DNA of 64,000 nucleotides from Candidatus Latescibacterota bacterium (GCA_965248435.1 OZ252100.1:64001-128000), one strand, 5' to 3'; numbered from the stretch's first letter, positions 48,532 through 58,102 are shown. Numbers and translations: made by a program. The notes: generated from the letters alone by a model not told the origin.

Positions 48532-49080
48532 ATGACTACCATGTCCCAGGCAGAGGTCCCCAACGTCCTTGTTATCGACGACGACTACCTTTTCCTGGAA
48601 ATCGTAGAGTTTCACCTCACTCGTGCCGGTAATCACGTCGAAGTCACCGCAGATCCAAGAGAGGGGCTGAATCGTGCGATTGAATCCAGGTTCGACCTCA
48701 TCCTGCTCGACATCATGATGCCGGGCATGAATGGGGATGAACTGCTCAGTCTTATCAAGCCTCTTAATCTTCAGCATCGAGTCGTGGTGGTAAGTGCGTT
48801 GAGCACAGATGCGAGCAGAGCACGAACAAGGGATCTTGGCGCCGCGGCCTATATACAGAAACCGGTTGATCCGGACGGGCTCTGCCGCGTCGTAGATCAG
48901 TTGACCCGAACGAGGGCCACCGGTTCGAATTCAAAGACGGAACGCCCTTCCGGCCGGATCCTGGATGGTTTGACGATGTGGGTTTTCGAAAATCAAGAGA
49001 TTACCTCTGCCATGCGCTATGCCGCGGTTTTGATAGCCGGCGGACTGCTTGGAGTCTTGACTTGGGTGATCCTGGCCTGA
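48532..49080 (+). CDS. Receiver-domain protein with a C-terminal TM helix
   Basis: VIDDD, LLDIMMP, SA, KP; hydrophobic C-terminal tail. Confidence 0.85.
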   Translation: MTTMSQAEVPNVLVIDDDYLFLEIVEFHLTRAGNHVEVTADPREGLNRAIESRFDLILLDIMMPGMNGDELLSLIKPLNLQHRVVVVSALSTDASRARTRDLGAAAYIQKPVDPDGLCRVVDQLTRTRATGSNSKTERPSGRILDGLTMWVFENQEITSAMRYAAVLIAGGLLGVLTWVILA

Positions 49081-49110
49081 GGGTGTCAGCTCGTGGCCGT
49101 TGGGCGTGGG

Positions 49111-49143
49111 ACAGGGCCGGATGGCTTGGACATCCGGCCCTGT
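49111..49143 (+). terminator. Strong hairpin, probable terminator before lysC
   Basis: 13-bp perfect inverted repeat ACAGGGCCGGATG / CATCCGGCCCTGT; weak T tail. Confidence 0.5.
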
Positions 49144-49163
49144 GATTTTCTGTGGGATTTTGA

Positions 49164-50471
49164 ATGAGATCGATCGTCTGCAAATTTGGCGGCACTTCGT
49201 TGGCCGATTCGGAGCAAATCAGGAAAGTGAAGGAGATTGTCGAATCTGACAGCCGTCGAAGATTCCTCGTGCCCTCCGCGCCCGGCAAGCGCAGCTTGGA
49301 GGACACGAAGGTTACGGATCTACTCTACCGCTGCCACGAGCTTGTCGGGCAAAAGCTCGATGTTTCTGAACTCATTGGACAAATCGGGGCGCGCTACCAA
49401 AGGATCGTGGAGGATCTGGAACTGGGTTTGGATATCGATGGTTTGCTGGCTCAGCTCCGTGATGAGATCCAGGAGGGTGCGAGTCGGGACTACGTCTCCT
49501 CGAGGGGTGAATATCTTTGTGGCCATATCCTGGCTGAGCTCCTAGACGCAGTCTTTGTAGATCCGGCAGAGGCAGTACGATTCAAGCCCGACGGAAACCT
49601 GGACCCGATCAGCTACGACCTTTTGAACGCGAGACTCCAAGGGGAGGGGACTTACATCATTCCGGGGTTCTACGGCTCAGATTCAGAGGGTGACATCAAG
49701 ACCTTTTCGAGAGGAGGGTCGGACATAACGGGGGCCGTCGTTGCGCGCGCGGTCGACGCCGAGATCTACGAGAATTGGACAGACGTATCCGGGTTCCTAA
49801 CCGCCGACCCACGGGTTGTGCCCGACGCGAAGACGGTTCGCGAGATCACATACAGGGAGATCCGGGAACTTTCTTACATGGGGGCAACCGTCATCCACGA
49901 TGAAGCGATGTTTCCAGTCCGCGAGGCCGAAATCCCGATTCATGTTCGAAATACGAACAAACCGGAGGATCCCGGCACGCGCATTTTGCCAAGGCGTGAG
50001 CTGACGAATGATCTTGCAGTGGGAATTGCGGGACGCCCGAACTTTACGATGCTTTTCATCGAAAAGGCCTTCATGAACCAGGAAAAAGGATTTGGCATGA
50101 GGCTTCTCGAAGTCGTGGCGTCTCACAACATAAGCTACGATCACACGCCCTCGGGCATCGATACGATGTCGATCATCATACGGGATGAAGAGCTTGATGG
50201 GAAGGGGGAGGCGCTTCTGGAGGATATTCGCCGCGTCACAAAACCGGACAGAATAGAATTAATCACGGGCCTGGCCCTCATTGCCACAGTGGGAGAGGGT
50301 TTGTCTCATCGCGTGGGCGTCGCGGCGAAACTCTTCGGCGCGCTCGCAGACGAAGGCATCAACGTCCGCATCATCGATCAGGGAGCGTCCGAGATCAACA
50401 TTATTGTCGGTGTGGAAGAATTAGACTACATAAATGCCGTTCGCGCGATTCACACCGCTTTCGTGGGATAG
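49164..50471 (+). CDS. lysC: Aspartate kinase
   Basis: KFGGTS, RGGSD, WTDVSG..ADPR, two ACT domains. Confidence 0.93.
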   Translation: MRSIVCKFGGTSLADSEQIRKVKEIVESDSRRRFLVPSAPGKRSLEDTKVTDLLYRCHELVGQKLDVSELIGQIGARYQRIVEDLELGLDIDGLLAQLRDEIQEGASRDYVSSRGEYLCGHILAELLDAVFVDPAEAVRFKPDGNLDPISYDLLNARLQGEGTYIIPGFYGSDSEGDIKTFSRGGSDITGAVVARAVDAEIYENWTDVSGFLTADPRVVPDAKTVREITYREIRELSYMGATVIHDEAMFPVREAEIPIHVRNTNKPEDPGTRILPRRELTNDLAVGIAGRPNFTMLFIEKAFMNQEKGFGMRLLEVVASHNISYDHTPSGIDTMSIIIRDEELDGKGEALLEDIRRVTKPDRIELITGLALIATVGEGLSHRVGVAAKLFGALADEGINVRIIDQGASEINIIVGVEELDYINAVRAIHTAFVG

Positions 50472-50475
50472 TCCT

Positions 50476-51324
50476 ATGTCAAAAAAACACAAGAAAAAGA
50501 GCGAAAAAAGTTCACTAGAGGAAGCCAACAAGGGCGAGGCGCGGAAACCGAATGTTTCAGATAAGGTCTACGAGCGCGAGATGGCCAAACTTACTGTAGA
50601 GCTTGTCAAACTCCAGGAGTGGATCAAGCACGAAGATTTGAAGGTCGTGGTGGTTTTTGAAGGACGGGACACGGCGGGGAAAGGGGGGACGATCAAGCGG
50701 ATCACGGAGAGCCTGAATCCCAGGGTCTGCAGAACGGTGGCTTTAGGCGTCCCGACTGAGAAAGAGAAGACCTGGTGGTATTTTCAGCGCTACGTCGCGC
50801 ATCTTCCGGCGGCGGGTGAAATGGTCCTGTTCGACCGAAGCTGGTACAACCGGGCGCTCGTCGAGCAAGTGATGGGGTTCTGCACGGAGGAGGAATACCG
50901 GGAATTTTTGAGATCCTGTCCGGAATTCGAACGGATGCTGATTCGGTCGGGTATCATTCTGATCAAATATTGGCTGTCGGTGAGCGATGAGGAACAGGTC
51001 AGGCGCTTCAAGCGGCGGATCCACGACCCGACGAGGCGATGGAAGCTCTCGCCGATGGATCTGGAATCCTATAGCAGGTGGGTGGACTATTCCAAGGCCA
51101 AAGACGAGATGTTTGCCTACACGGACATCAAACAGGCACCCTGGTACGACGTCGAGGCCGACTGTAAGAAACGGGCTCGGTTGAATTGCATCAGTCACCT
51201 GCTGCGTCAGATCCCATATGAGGACCTGACGCAGGAACCGATCAAACTACCTCCCCGTCAGGTGAAAGGCGGGTATGAACGCCCGCCGAAATCTGACCAG
51301 ACATTTGTACCCGAGGTCTACTGA
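50476..51324 (+). CDS. ppk2: Polyphosphate kinase 2
   Basis: FEGRDTAGKGG, YFQRY, FDRSWYNR, WKLSPMD; start MSKK. Confidence 0.95.
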   Translation: MSKKHKKKSEKSSLEEANKGEARKPNVSDKVYEREMAKLTVELVKLQEWIKHEDLKVVVVFEGRDTAGKGGTIKRITESLNPRVCRTVALGVPTEKEKTWWYFQRYVAHLPAAGEMVLFDRSWYNRALVEQVMGFCTEEEYREFLRSCPEFERMLIRSGIILIKYWLSVSDEEQVRRFKRRIHDPTRRWKLSPMDLESYSRWVDYSKAKDEMFAYTDIKQAPWYDVEADCKKRARLNCISHLLRQIPYEDLTQEPIKLPPRQVKGGYERPPKSDQTFVPEVY

Positions 51325-51989
51325 TGATGAGATCGACCTATCCCGACCTGGATGCGTACCGCATGGAAGTATTCGCGAGGGAGGATGACCTCCTCAAGGG
51401 CATCATGCCCGCTGCCGTTGAAGCAGGGCTTCCTGGAATCTCTGTCAGCCCCGATTCAGGGAAAATGCTCTATTTTCTAGCGAAGACGATTGGTGCCAGG
51501 CAGATTCTGGAATTCGGAACGCTTGCCGGGTATTCCGGGATCTGGTTGGCCCGTGCCCTGCCGCCCGACGGCAGACTCGTGACTCTGGAGATCGATGCTG
51601 ACCACGCGGCGCAGGCAAGGCGCAATTTCGAGGCGGCAGGCTTGAGTGACCGGATAGACCTTCTCGAAGGTGACGGGTTGCGACTCCTGCCGACGCTCGA
51701 CCAGCACGGACCTTTCGATCTGGTGTTCATCGACGCAAACAAGGAAGCCTATCCAAGCTATCTGGACTTTGCGCTGGAACACACGAGGCCGGGTGGACTC
51801 ATCATAGCCGACAACGCCAACGGCCACGGTCATGTCCACGAGCGGCTCGAGGAGGGGGACCGGAGAGAAGGAATACAGGTCTACAATCAGCGCGTGGCAG
51901 ATCATCCCGGATTGATCTCTACGATCATCCCGGTAGGGGGCTGGCTGGCTGTTTCACTGGTTCTGGATGGAGAGGGAGTGAGCCCATGA
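51324..51989 (+). CDS. SAM-dependent O-methyltransferase
   Basis: LEFGTLAGYS, FDLVFIDANK, IIADN. Confidence 0.9.
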   Translation: MMRSTYPDLDAYRMEVFAREDDLLKGIMPAAVEAGLPGISVSPDSGKMLYFLAKTIGARQILEFGTLAGYSGIWLARALPPDGRLVTLEIDADHAAQARRNFEAAGLSDRIDLLEGDGLRLLPTLDQHGPFDLVFIDANKEAYPSYLDFALEHTRPGGLIIADNANGHGHVHERLEEGDRREGIQVYNQRVADHPGLISTIIPVGGWLAVSLVLDGEGVSP

Positions 51990-52951
51990 AAATCCTGCTG
52001 ACCCAGAACATGAACGAGACTCTTTCAGCAGAAACCGAAAGTCATTTAGACCGAATACGGTCTGCTTCGAGCGACGTGGAGGTCTTCTTCCCTGATTCCC
52101 AGGAGGAGGTGCTGAAGCTGATGCCACAGATCGACGTTATTTTCGGGGGGATCAATCGTGAAATGTTTCGGCGGGCCGAGCGACTTAAATTGGTGCAGAC
52201 GATGGCTGCCGGAGTGGACAGCATGCTTTTCCCGGAGTTCGTGGAGAGTGAAATCGTGCTCGCGAGCGGCAAGGGGACGGTGGGGGTACACCTCGCAGAG
52301 CAGGCGATGGCTCTGCTACTTGCTCTGACCCGAGGTGTAGCAACAGCGGTAAGAACGAAAGACTGGGACCAGCGCATGCCCATTCGGAAGGCGTCCTGGG
52401 AGCTTGTGGACAGGACGATGGGCATCGTCGGCCTCGGCGGCACCGGGAGAGAGTTGGCCGTTCGTGCAAGCGGGTTCGGGATGCGGCTCCTGGCGGTAGA
52501 TCCTGAGGAAGTGGAGGTTCCGGCGTGTGTCCAGGAATTCTGGGGCATGGACAAGCTCTACGACCTCCTCACGCAATCCGACGTCGTGGCGATCTGCGCA
52601 CCGCTGACTCCCGACACCCGCGGCATGTTCGATCGAGCGGCCTTTGAGAAGATGCAGGCGCATGCCCTCCTCATCAACGTTACGCGGGGCCAGATCGTGG
52701 AAGAAGAGGCCCTTGTGAATGCCCTGAATGAAGGATGGATCGGAGGCGCCGGGTTAGACTGCACGCCGCAAGAGCCTCTGCCCGACGGACATCCGCTCTG
52801 GGAGATGGAGAACGTCGTCATTACGCCTCATACCGCCGGGGGGTCGCCGAATCGGGGGGAAAGGATCCTTGATGTGTTCTGTGAGAATTTGAGACGACTG
52901 ATAGCGGGAGAGCCCCTTATGGGTCAAATCGACAAAAAGAAGGGGTACTGA
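51986..52951 (+). CDS. D-2-hydroxyacid dehydrogenase
   Basis: GLGGTG, INVTRG, GAGLD..EPL, TPH. Confidence 0.92.
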   Translation: MKILLTQNMNETLSAETESHLDRIRSASSDVEVFFPDSQEEVLKLMPQIDVIFGGINREMFRRAERLKLVQTMAAGVDSMLFPEFVESEIVLASGKGTVGVHLAEQAMALLLALTRGVATAVRTKDWDQRMPIRKASWELVDRTMGIVGLGGTGRELAVRASGFGMRLLAVDPEEVEVPACVQEFWGMDKLYDLLTQSDVVAICAPLTPDTRGMFDRAAFEKMQAHALLINVTRGQIVEEEALVNALNEGWIGGAGLDCTPQEPLPDGHPLWEMENVVITPHTAGGSPNRGERILDVFCENLRRLIAGEPLMGQIDKKKGY

Positions 52952-52966
52952 AAGGCGTCGACTATT

Positions 52967-54040
52967 ATGCGCGTGCTGTTCTTCTGGGAAGAGGTCGGGG
53001 GCTTGACGCTCGAGCATAGATGCAACCCCTATGCAGGCCTGCTCGCTAGCGCATTGGAAGAGTTCGATGTCCACCTCGATTTGGGCAAGTACGACTTCGG
53101 TCGAGATTGGCTGGAGGCAGAACGGTCCGACCACGAAGTGCTTCATCTCAACTGGCTTCACGGGTTCTACCGAACCGAGGACTTCGAATCGACTGTCGCA
53201 CGTCTTACGCGATTCACCGAAAACCTGAATTTTGCTCTGAGCCTGGGCTACCGGGTTGTCTGGACGATGCATAACCTGTATCCCCACGAACAACCCTTCC
53301 CGCACGTCGACAGACTGGGAAGGATCGTGGTTTGCGGTGCCGCCGATCACGTGATCGCGCACTGCGAGTTTGCGGCCGAACTGGCCAGAAAACGGTTCCA
53401 TCGGAGGGATCGGCTCCACGTGATCCCACACGGCAACTTCATAGATGTCTTCCCTAACGAAATTTCAAAATCAGAAGCCAGGGAGCAACTTGAAATTCCC
53501 GAGGACGCGTTCGTCTACTTATTCTTCGGGAATGCGAGAGTCTACAAGGGGATCGAATATCTGATCCAGGCATTCTGCAGGGCGGCAGATCAGGACGCCC
53601 TGCTTGCCCTGATGATGAGGGAAGCAACGATCGATCCCGAATACGCAGAAAAGCTCAGGTCCTTGACCGACGGCGACAGCCGCGTGCAGGTGTTTACCTC
53701 TTCATTCTTCGAGAACGATGAATTTCAAACCTACCTCAACGCGGCTGACGTGGCCGTTTTTCCGTTCGTCGAGGTCCTGACCTCCGGATCGGCAATCACA
53801 GCGCTTTCGTTCGGGAAGCCTGTCATTTTGCCGAAGCTTGGCTGTCTCCCTGAATTGATCGATGAGACGATGGGCATTCTCTACGATCCAAACGAGGAGG
53901 ACGGTCTGGAGCGCGCCTTGGGGACGATCAGGGAGCGAGATCTGAAACCGGCCGGTCAGGCAGCGCTGGAAAGGGCCAGGGATCTGGACTGGCACAAAAT
54001 TGCTGGGAGGGTGGCCGAGGTCTACAGAAATGAAAGTTAG
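52967..54040 (+). CDS. GT4-family glycosyltransferase
   Basis: WTMHN, IPHG, FFGNARVYKG, ALSFGKPVI. Confidence 0.88.
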   Translation: MRVLFFWEEVGGLTLEHRCNPYAGLLASALEEFDVHLDLGKYDFGRDWLEAERSDHEVLHLNWLHGFYRTEDFESTVARLTRFTENLNFALSLGYRVVWTMHNLYPHEQPFPHVDRLGRIVVCGAADHVIAHCEFAAELARKRFHRRDRLHVIPHGNFIDVFPNEISKSEAREQLEIPEDAFVYLFFGNARVYKGIEYLIQAFCRAADQDALLALMMREATIDPEYAEKLRSLTDGDSRVQVFTSSFFENDEFQTYLNAADVAVFPFVEVLTSGSAITALSFGKPVILPKLGCLPELIDETMGILYDPNEEDGLERALGTIRERDLKPAGQAALERARDLDWHKIAGRVAEVYRNES

Positions 54041-54092
54041 CACAGGAAGCCATCCAACTTAGACAACGTATTCATCCGGTAGAGGGCGGGAA

Positions 54093-54671
54093 ATGGCTGA
54101 TACACCCAAGCAGTTTGCTGAAAGTTACATCACGACCAACCTGCGCGTCCTGTCCGGTCTGGACCCGTCAAAGGTCGCGGAAGTCATCGAAGCGGTCCGA
54201 ATTGCGGGCGAAACGGGCAAGTGCGTCTATGCGATCGGGAACGGGGGAAGCGCAAGCACCGCTTCCCATTTCGTGAACGATCTGGGGAAGGGCGCATCCC
54301 TTGGAAGGGAGAAGCGCTTCAAGGTGATCTCTCTCACTGACAACGTAGAGTGGATGACCGCGCTGAGTAACGACCTCTCCTACGAAGATGTGTTCGTGGA
54401 GCAGTTGCGGAACTTTGCAGAACCCGGGGATGTTCTGATTGCGATCAGCGGAAGTGGAAATTCCGAGAACGTGCTGAGGGCGGTACGCTACGCAAATGAA
54501 ACGGGATGTCGGACGATCGGGTTTACCGGGTTTGATGGGGGAAAGCTGGCAGGCCTCGTTGAATTGCCGATCGTGGTCGATTCAGATCACATGGGCCGCA
54601 TCGAAGACATGCACATGATCTTGCAGCACATGATCTGCTATTACTTCATGGAGGCGGATGGAGGTTCGTGA
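54093..54671 (+). CDS. SIS-domain GmhA-like phosphoheptose isomerase
   Basis: GNGGSASTASH, ISGSGNS, GFDGG, EDMH. Confidence 0.88.
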   Translation: MADTPKQFAESYITTNLRVLSGLDPSKVAEVIEAVRIAGETGKCVYAIGNGGSASTASHFVNDLGKGASLGREKRFKVISLTDNVEWMTALSNDLSYEDVFVEQLRNFAEPGDVLIAISGSGNSENVLRAVRYANETGCRTIGFTGFDGGKLAGLVELPIVVDSDHMGRIEDMHMILQHMICYYFMEADGGS

Positions 54672-55744
54672 TCCTTCGTGAGGCCAGTCTACTGTTTTTG
54701 TGGGCCCTGTTTGGATACGATCTCGATTTCGGGTATCTGGCTCAGCTGATTCGAGGACAGGCCCACTTGCTTTGGAATCGAGAGCCGATCGAGACGGTAC
54801 TACGTCGGGAGGGCGTCGATGCTGCCGTCAGGAAGCAGCTCGAGTTTGTTCAGGATGTCCTTGCCTTCGGAAGGGCGAAAATAGGGCTGCACTCATCAGA
54901 CAACTATACGACCTATTGTGAGATCGGGTCAGGCCCGGTCTGCTGGGCTCTTGTCGCCTGCCCGAAAGATCGGCTGGATCCTCTGAAATGGAGTTATCCC
55001 ATCGTCGGCGTCGCACCTTACAGGGGCTACTTTGATCTTCAGCTTGCCGAGCAAGATCAGGAGAAACTGGAGTCGGAGGGATACGACACATACCTGAGGC
55101 CCGTGAGCGCTTACAGTACTCTGGGTTGGTTCTCTGATCCCATCTTGAGTTCGATGCTGCGTTTTCAGGATGCGGATCTCGCGAGCCTGCTGATTCACGA
55201 GCTGACGCACGCAACGATCTGGATTCTGTCCGATGCAGGCTTTAACGAAAGCCTGGCAACCTTTGTCGGAGAAACCGGAAGCCTCTATTTCCTGGAGTCC
55301 AAGCATGGACACGACTCTCCAGAAGTCCAGGAAGTTATCGCCCGCCGCGCAGACCGGCGGGCGTTCCTTGTTTTTATGGCCGGGCTGGTCAAGGAACTGC
55401 AGTCGCTCTACGACTCCGATCGTGGATATGAGGAAAAACTAAGGGAACGTGAGAAGATCTTTGCCGAAGCCAGATCAAGCTTCTTCGAATTGCCCATGCG
55501 GACCGATTCATACACTGGCTTTCCTCGATGGGAGATGAACAACGCCCGGTTGGCTTCCTTTAGAACCTACACGGAAAGGCTAGATCTGTTCGAAGAGGTC
55601 TACCTGGCGGCGGGAAACGACCTCAAAGCAGCGGTGAAGGTCTTTGCGGGCTGCAGGGATCTGGAAGATCCAAGGGGTTATCTGGAAGCGTGGATTCGCA
55701 ACCATTCACGTCGAAGCGGAGTCACGGTTCGTGGCACAGGATGA
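54668..55744 (+). CDS. Putative zinc aminopeptidase (DUF2265-like)
   Basis: YRGYF, AYSTLGWFSDP, IHELTH, FNESLA, NNA. Confidence 0.85.
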   Translation: MILREASLLFLWALFGYDLDFGYLAQLIRGQAHLLWNREPIETVLRREGVDAAVRKQLEFVQDVLAFGRAKIGLHSSDNYTTYCEIGSGPVCWALVACPKDRLDPLKWSYPIVGVAPYRGYFDLQLAEQDQEKLESEGYDTYLRPVSAYSTLGWFSDPILSSMLRFQDADLASLLIHELTHATIWILSDAGFNESLATFVGETGSLYFLESKHGHDSPEVQEVIARRADRRAFLVFMAGLVKELQSLYDSDRGYEEKLREREKIFAEARSSFFELPMRTDSYTGFPRWEMNNARLASFRTYTERLDLFEEVYLAAGNDLKAAVKVFAGCRDLEDPRGYLEAWIRNHSRRSGVTVRGTG

Positions 55745-56054
55745 CAAAGAAGCCCTGCTTCGAGAGATTTACGCGGTCGTGGCCACCATTCCTGAGGGAA
55801 CTGTGGCGACATACGGACAGGTTGCGGAACAGGTGGGCGTAGGGCCAAGACACGTGGGACAGGCTCTGGCTGCACTTCCTTCCGGGTCAGACTGTCCGTG
55901 GCACCGCGTCATCAATACCCACGGACGCGTCTCGGTTCGACCGAATGTGCAAGAGGCTGAAGAGGTCCAAAGGATGCGACTCGAAGGGGAGGGTGTCCAA
56001 TTCAACGACGGGAAGGTGGACCTAAGTATCTTTCGTTGGCATCCACAGGTTTGA
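55731..56054 (+). CDS. Alkyltransferase-like protein (ATL/YbaZ)
   Basis: IPEG..TYGQVA, PWHRV (Trp in place of the MGMT Cys); GTG start after GGAG. Confidence 0.88.
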   Translation: MAQDDKEALLREIYAVVATIPEGTVATYGQVAEQVGVGPRHVGQALAALPSGSDCPWHRVINTHGRVSVRPNVQEAEEVQRMRLEGEGVQFNDGKVDLSIFRWHPQV

Positions 56055-56118
56055 ACCAATTCGATGCACGTCAGGGCTTCATGGAAGGCCGTAAGACCAT
56101 TGGGCAGAGGAATTTCTG

Positions 56119-56147
56119 TTGACAAAGGCATGCTATTTGCATATCAT
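56119..56147 (+). promoter_or_regulatory. sigma70 promoter of the HU-bS22-tRNA unit
   Basis: TTGACA-17-TATCAT. Confidence 0.7.
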
Positions 56148-56242
56148 CTTTCGTCTAGGCTGTGGGTAAGTCCCTGTAGACCGTGATGCTTAAGGTTCCT
56201 TGATTTGCCTTTTCTACATTTGATCGCGTGAAAGGATAAGAT

Positions 56243-56533
56243 GTGACCAAGGCCGACATCGTGAACCAGATCGCAGAGTCCACGGGACTGACGAAGACCG
56301 ACACGGCAGCGGTCGTGGAACAATTTCTCAGATCCGTAATATCCGCTCTGCAGCAGGGGGATCATATCGAGATCAGGGGCTTTGGCACGTTTAAAGTTGT
56401 GACTCGGGCTTCGAGGACTGGGCGAAATCCGAAGACGGGCGATGTCGTAAAGATTCCAGAAAGGCCGGTTCCGGTTTTCAAGCCGTCTCGCGAGCTTCGG
56501 TCTGGGGTCGATGATCGTCTCAAGGGACGTTAG
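56243..56533 (+). CDS. HU/IHF-family DNA-binding protein
   Basis: MTKADIV, IRGFGTF, RTGRNPKTG, PVFKPS. Confidence 0.95.
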   Translation: MTKADIVNQIAESTGLTKTDTAAVVEQFLRSVISALQQGDHIEIRGFGTFKVVTRASRTGRNPKTGDVVKIPERPVPVFKPSRELRSGVDDRLKGR

Positions 56534-56571
56534 AGCTGCGAACGTAACAACGCAGACAGGAGGGAGAACAA

Positions 56572-56664
56572 GTGCCCTGCGGTAGAAAGCGAAAACGACA
56601 CAAGATTGCCACGCACAAAAGAAAGAAGCGTCGCAGGAGAGATAGACACAAGAAGAGGGGCTGA
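56572..56664 (+). CDS. 30S ribosomal protein bS22 (AURKAIP1/COX24/mS38 family), 30 aa; not in the ORF track
   Basis: MPCGRKRKRHKIATHKRKKRRRRDRHKKRG; GTG start after AGGAGGGAG. Confidence 0.88.
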   Translation: MPCGRKRKRHKIATHKRKKRRRRDRHKKRG

Positions 56665-56684
56665 TAGGGCTTCTTGAACCCGCC

Positions 56685-56762
56685 GGGGCATTAGCTCAGT
56701 CTGGATAGAGCGCTGGTCTCCGGAACCAGAGGTCACAGGTTCGAATCCTGTATGTCCCACCA
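56685..56762 (+). tRNA. tRNA-Arg(CCG)
   Basis: Acceptor GGGGCAT/ATGTCCC, anticodon stem CTGGT/ACCAG with loop CTCCGGA, GGTTCGAATCC T-arm, encoded CCA. Confidence 0.97.
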
Positions 56763-56770
56763 GTCGATAT

Positions 56771-56808
56771 GGGGTTACGGCTAAATCTTGCCGTAACCCC
56801 TTTTTTTT
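56771..56808 (+). terminator. Intrinsic terminator after the tRNA
   Basis: GGGGTTACGGC / GCCGTAACCCC followed by T8. Confidence 0.92.
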
Positions 56809-57101
56809 CGGTCAAATCGGGGACCACGCAGGGGCCAGAGTGACGTGCGGATCTTTTGTAGAGGGTTCAGATTGGGTCTCCGGGCGTCGATAATTGATAT
56901 TGACCCACACGATTGAGCCTCGAATGCTTGAGCTTTGCACTGGGTTGGGACTGGATGCAAGTTAACATATTGAAAAAACGACATATGCATCGATAGTTCA
57001 GATTCATATTGAAGCCCTTCCCAGACCTGTCACGATGACAGGAGTGTAGGGGATAAATCCCGCCAAAAAGGCCAGTAGTTTCGACGGGGAGTCCGAACTG
57101 T

Positions 57102-57129
57102 GGAACTTTATCGTTCACGAACCGTCTAA
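57102..57129 (+). promoter_or_regulatory. RpoE/AlgU-like ECF promoter of the sigma-factor gene
   Basis: GGAACT-N16-GTCTAA, 49 bp before the ATG. Confidence 0.6.
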
Positions 57130-57177
57130 TTTGTGTCGCCCCTTGAGCCGGACAAACAGATGGAGTGACCGCGTACT

Positions 57178-58047
57178 ATGGATCCATACGAACCCATGCG
57201 AAAATCGTATGCCCACGATGCATCCGTTCAGAGATACCTGAAGGAGCTTCGTAAGTATCCGCCTCTGCCGCGCCACGAAGAACAGGAGACACTTCGTCGG
57301 GCCCGAAAAGGCGATCAGCAAGCCGTCGAGCACCTGATCACGTCCAACCTCAGGTTCGTTGTTCGTGTGGCCCTGGAGTATCAGGGAAGGGGTGTTCCGT
57401 TATCGGACCTCATCGCTGAAGGTAACGTCGGATTGATGGAGGCCCTGAAGCGCTTCGACGAAGGTCGCGGCTTCAAATTCATCAGTTATGCCGTCTGGTG
57501 GATCCGGCAGGCCATCCTGAACGCCCTGAAACGCACCCCCACTGTAGCTGTGCCTGCGAATCGCCAGGAGGATTTGGACCGCATGGCGAGGCGGTGGGGA
57601 CAGATGACTCAGGAGCTGGGCCGGATTCCAACGCTGGATGAGGTCGCGAGTGACATGAAGATCAGCACGAAGCGAGCCGAACGTGCCCTAGGATGCGTCC
57701 GATCCGACCTCTCCCTCGAGGCGCCCATGGATGCTTCAGGAGAGCAGTCGCTGCTCCAGATCTTGCAGACGGAGGATCCAGAACCGGACGAACTGGTGTT
57801 GGAACGGGATTGTGTCGAGCTCATCTCCGAGTCTATGATCTCCTGCCTGGATGGGCGTGAAGCGGGTGTGATTCGGGACTATTTCGGTCTTGATGGCGAG
57901 GAAAGACAAACGCTCGGAGAGATCGGGGTCGGCTTGGGTGTTACAAGAGAGCGCGTGCGACAGATTCGAAATCGTGCGCTCAACAAGCTTCGTCGGTTCT
58001 TCAAGCAGCGTGTTTCAGCTGAAGAATCTTGGAAAGACCTAGTATAG
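57178..58047 (+). CDS. sigma70-family factor (short RpoD/SigA-like, no region 1.1)
   Basis: SNLRFVV, DLIAEGNVGL, FKFISYAVWWIRQAI, TRERVRQI. Confidence 0.93.
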   Translation: MDPYEPMRKSYAHDASVQRYLKELRKYPPLPRHEEQETLRRARKGDQQAVEHLITSNLRFVVRVALEYQGRGVPLSDLIAEGNVGLMEALKRFDEGRGFKFISYAVWWIRQAILNALKRTPTVAVPANRQEDLDRMARRWGQMTQELGRIPTLDEVASDMKISTKRAERALGCVRSDLSLEAPMDASGEQSLLQILQTEDPEPDELVLERDCVELISESMISCLDGREAGVIRDYFGLDGEERQTLGEIGVGLGVTRERVRQIRNRALNKLRRFFKQRVSAEESWKDLV

Positions 58048-58068
58048 AGCGCAGATCAGTGGGATTGT

Positions 58069-58102
58069 GGCGGGTAGGGCCCAGGTGCCTTATCCGCCCT
58101 TT
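58069..58102 (+). terminator. Probable terminator after the sigma-factor gene
   Basis: GGCGGGTAGGGC / GCCTTATCCGCC followed by CTTT. Confidence 0.55.

Noticed and set aside
49081-49163. Lysine riboswitch before lysC
   Set aside because: The intergenic region is only 83 bp and holds a single hairpin, too short for the aptamer.
56685-57177. Integrated element at tRNA-Arg
   Set aside because: No integrase, no duplicated tRNA 3' end seen, and housekeeping genes on both sides.
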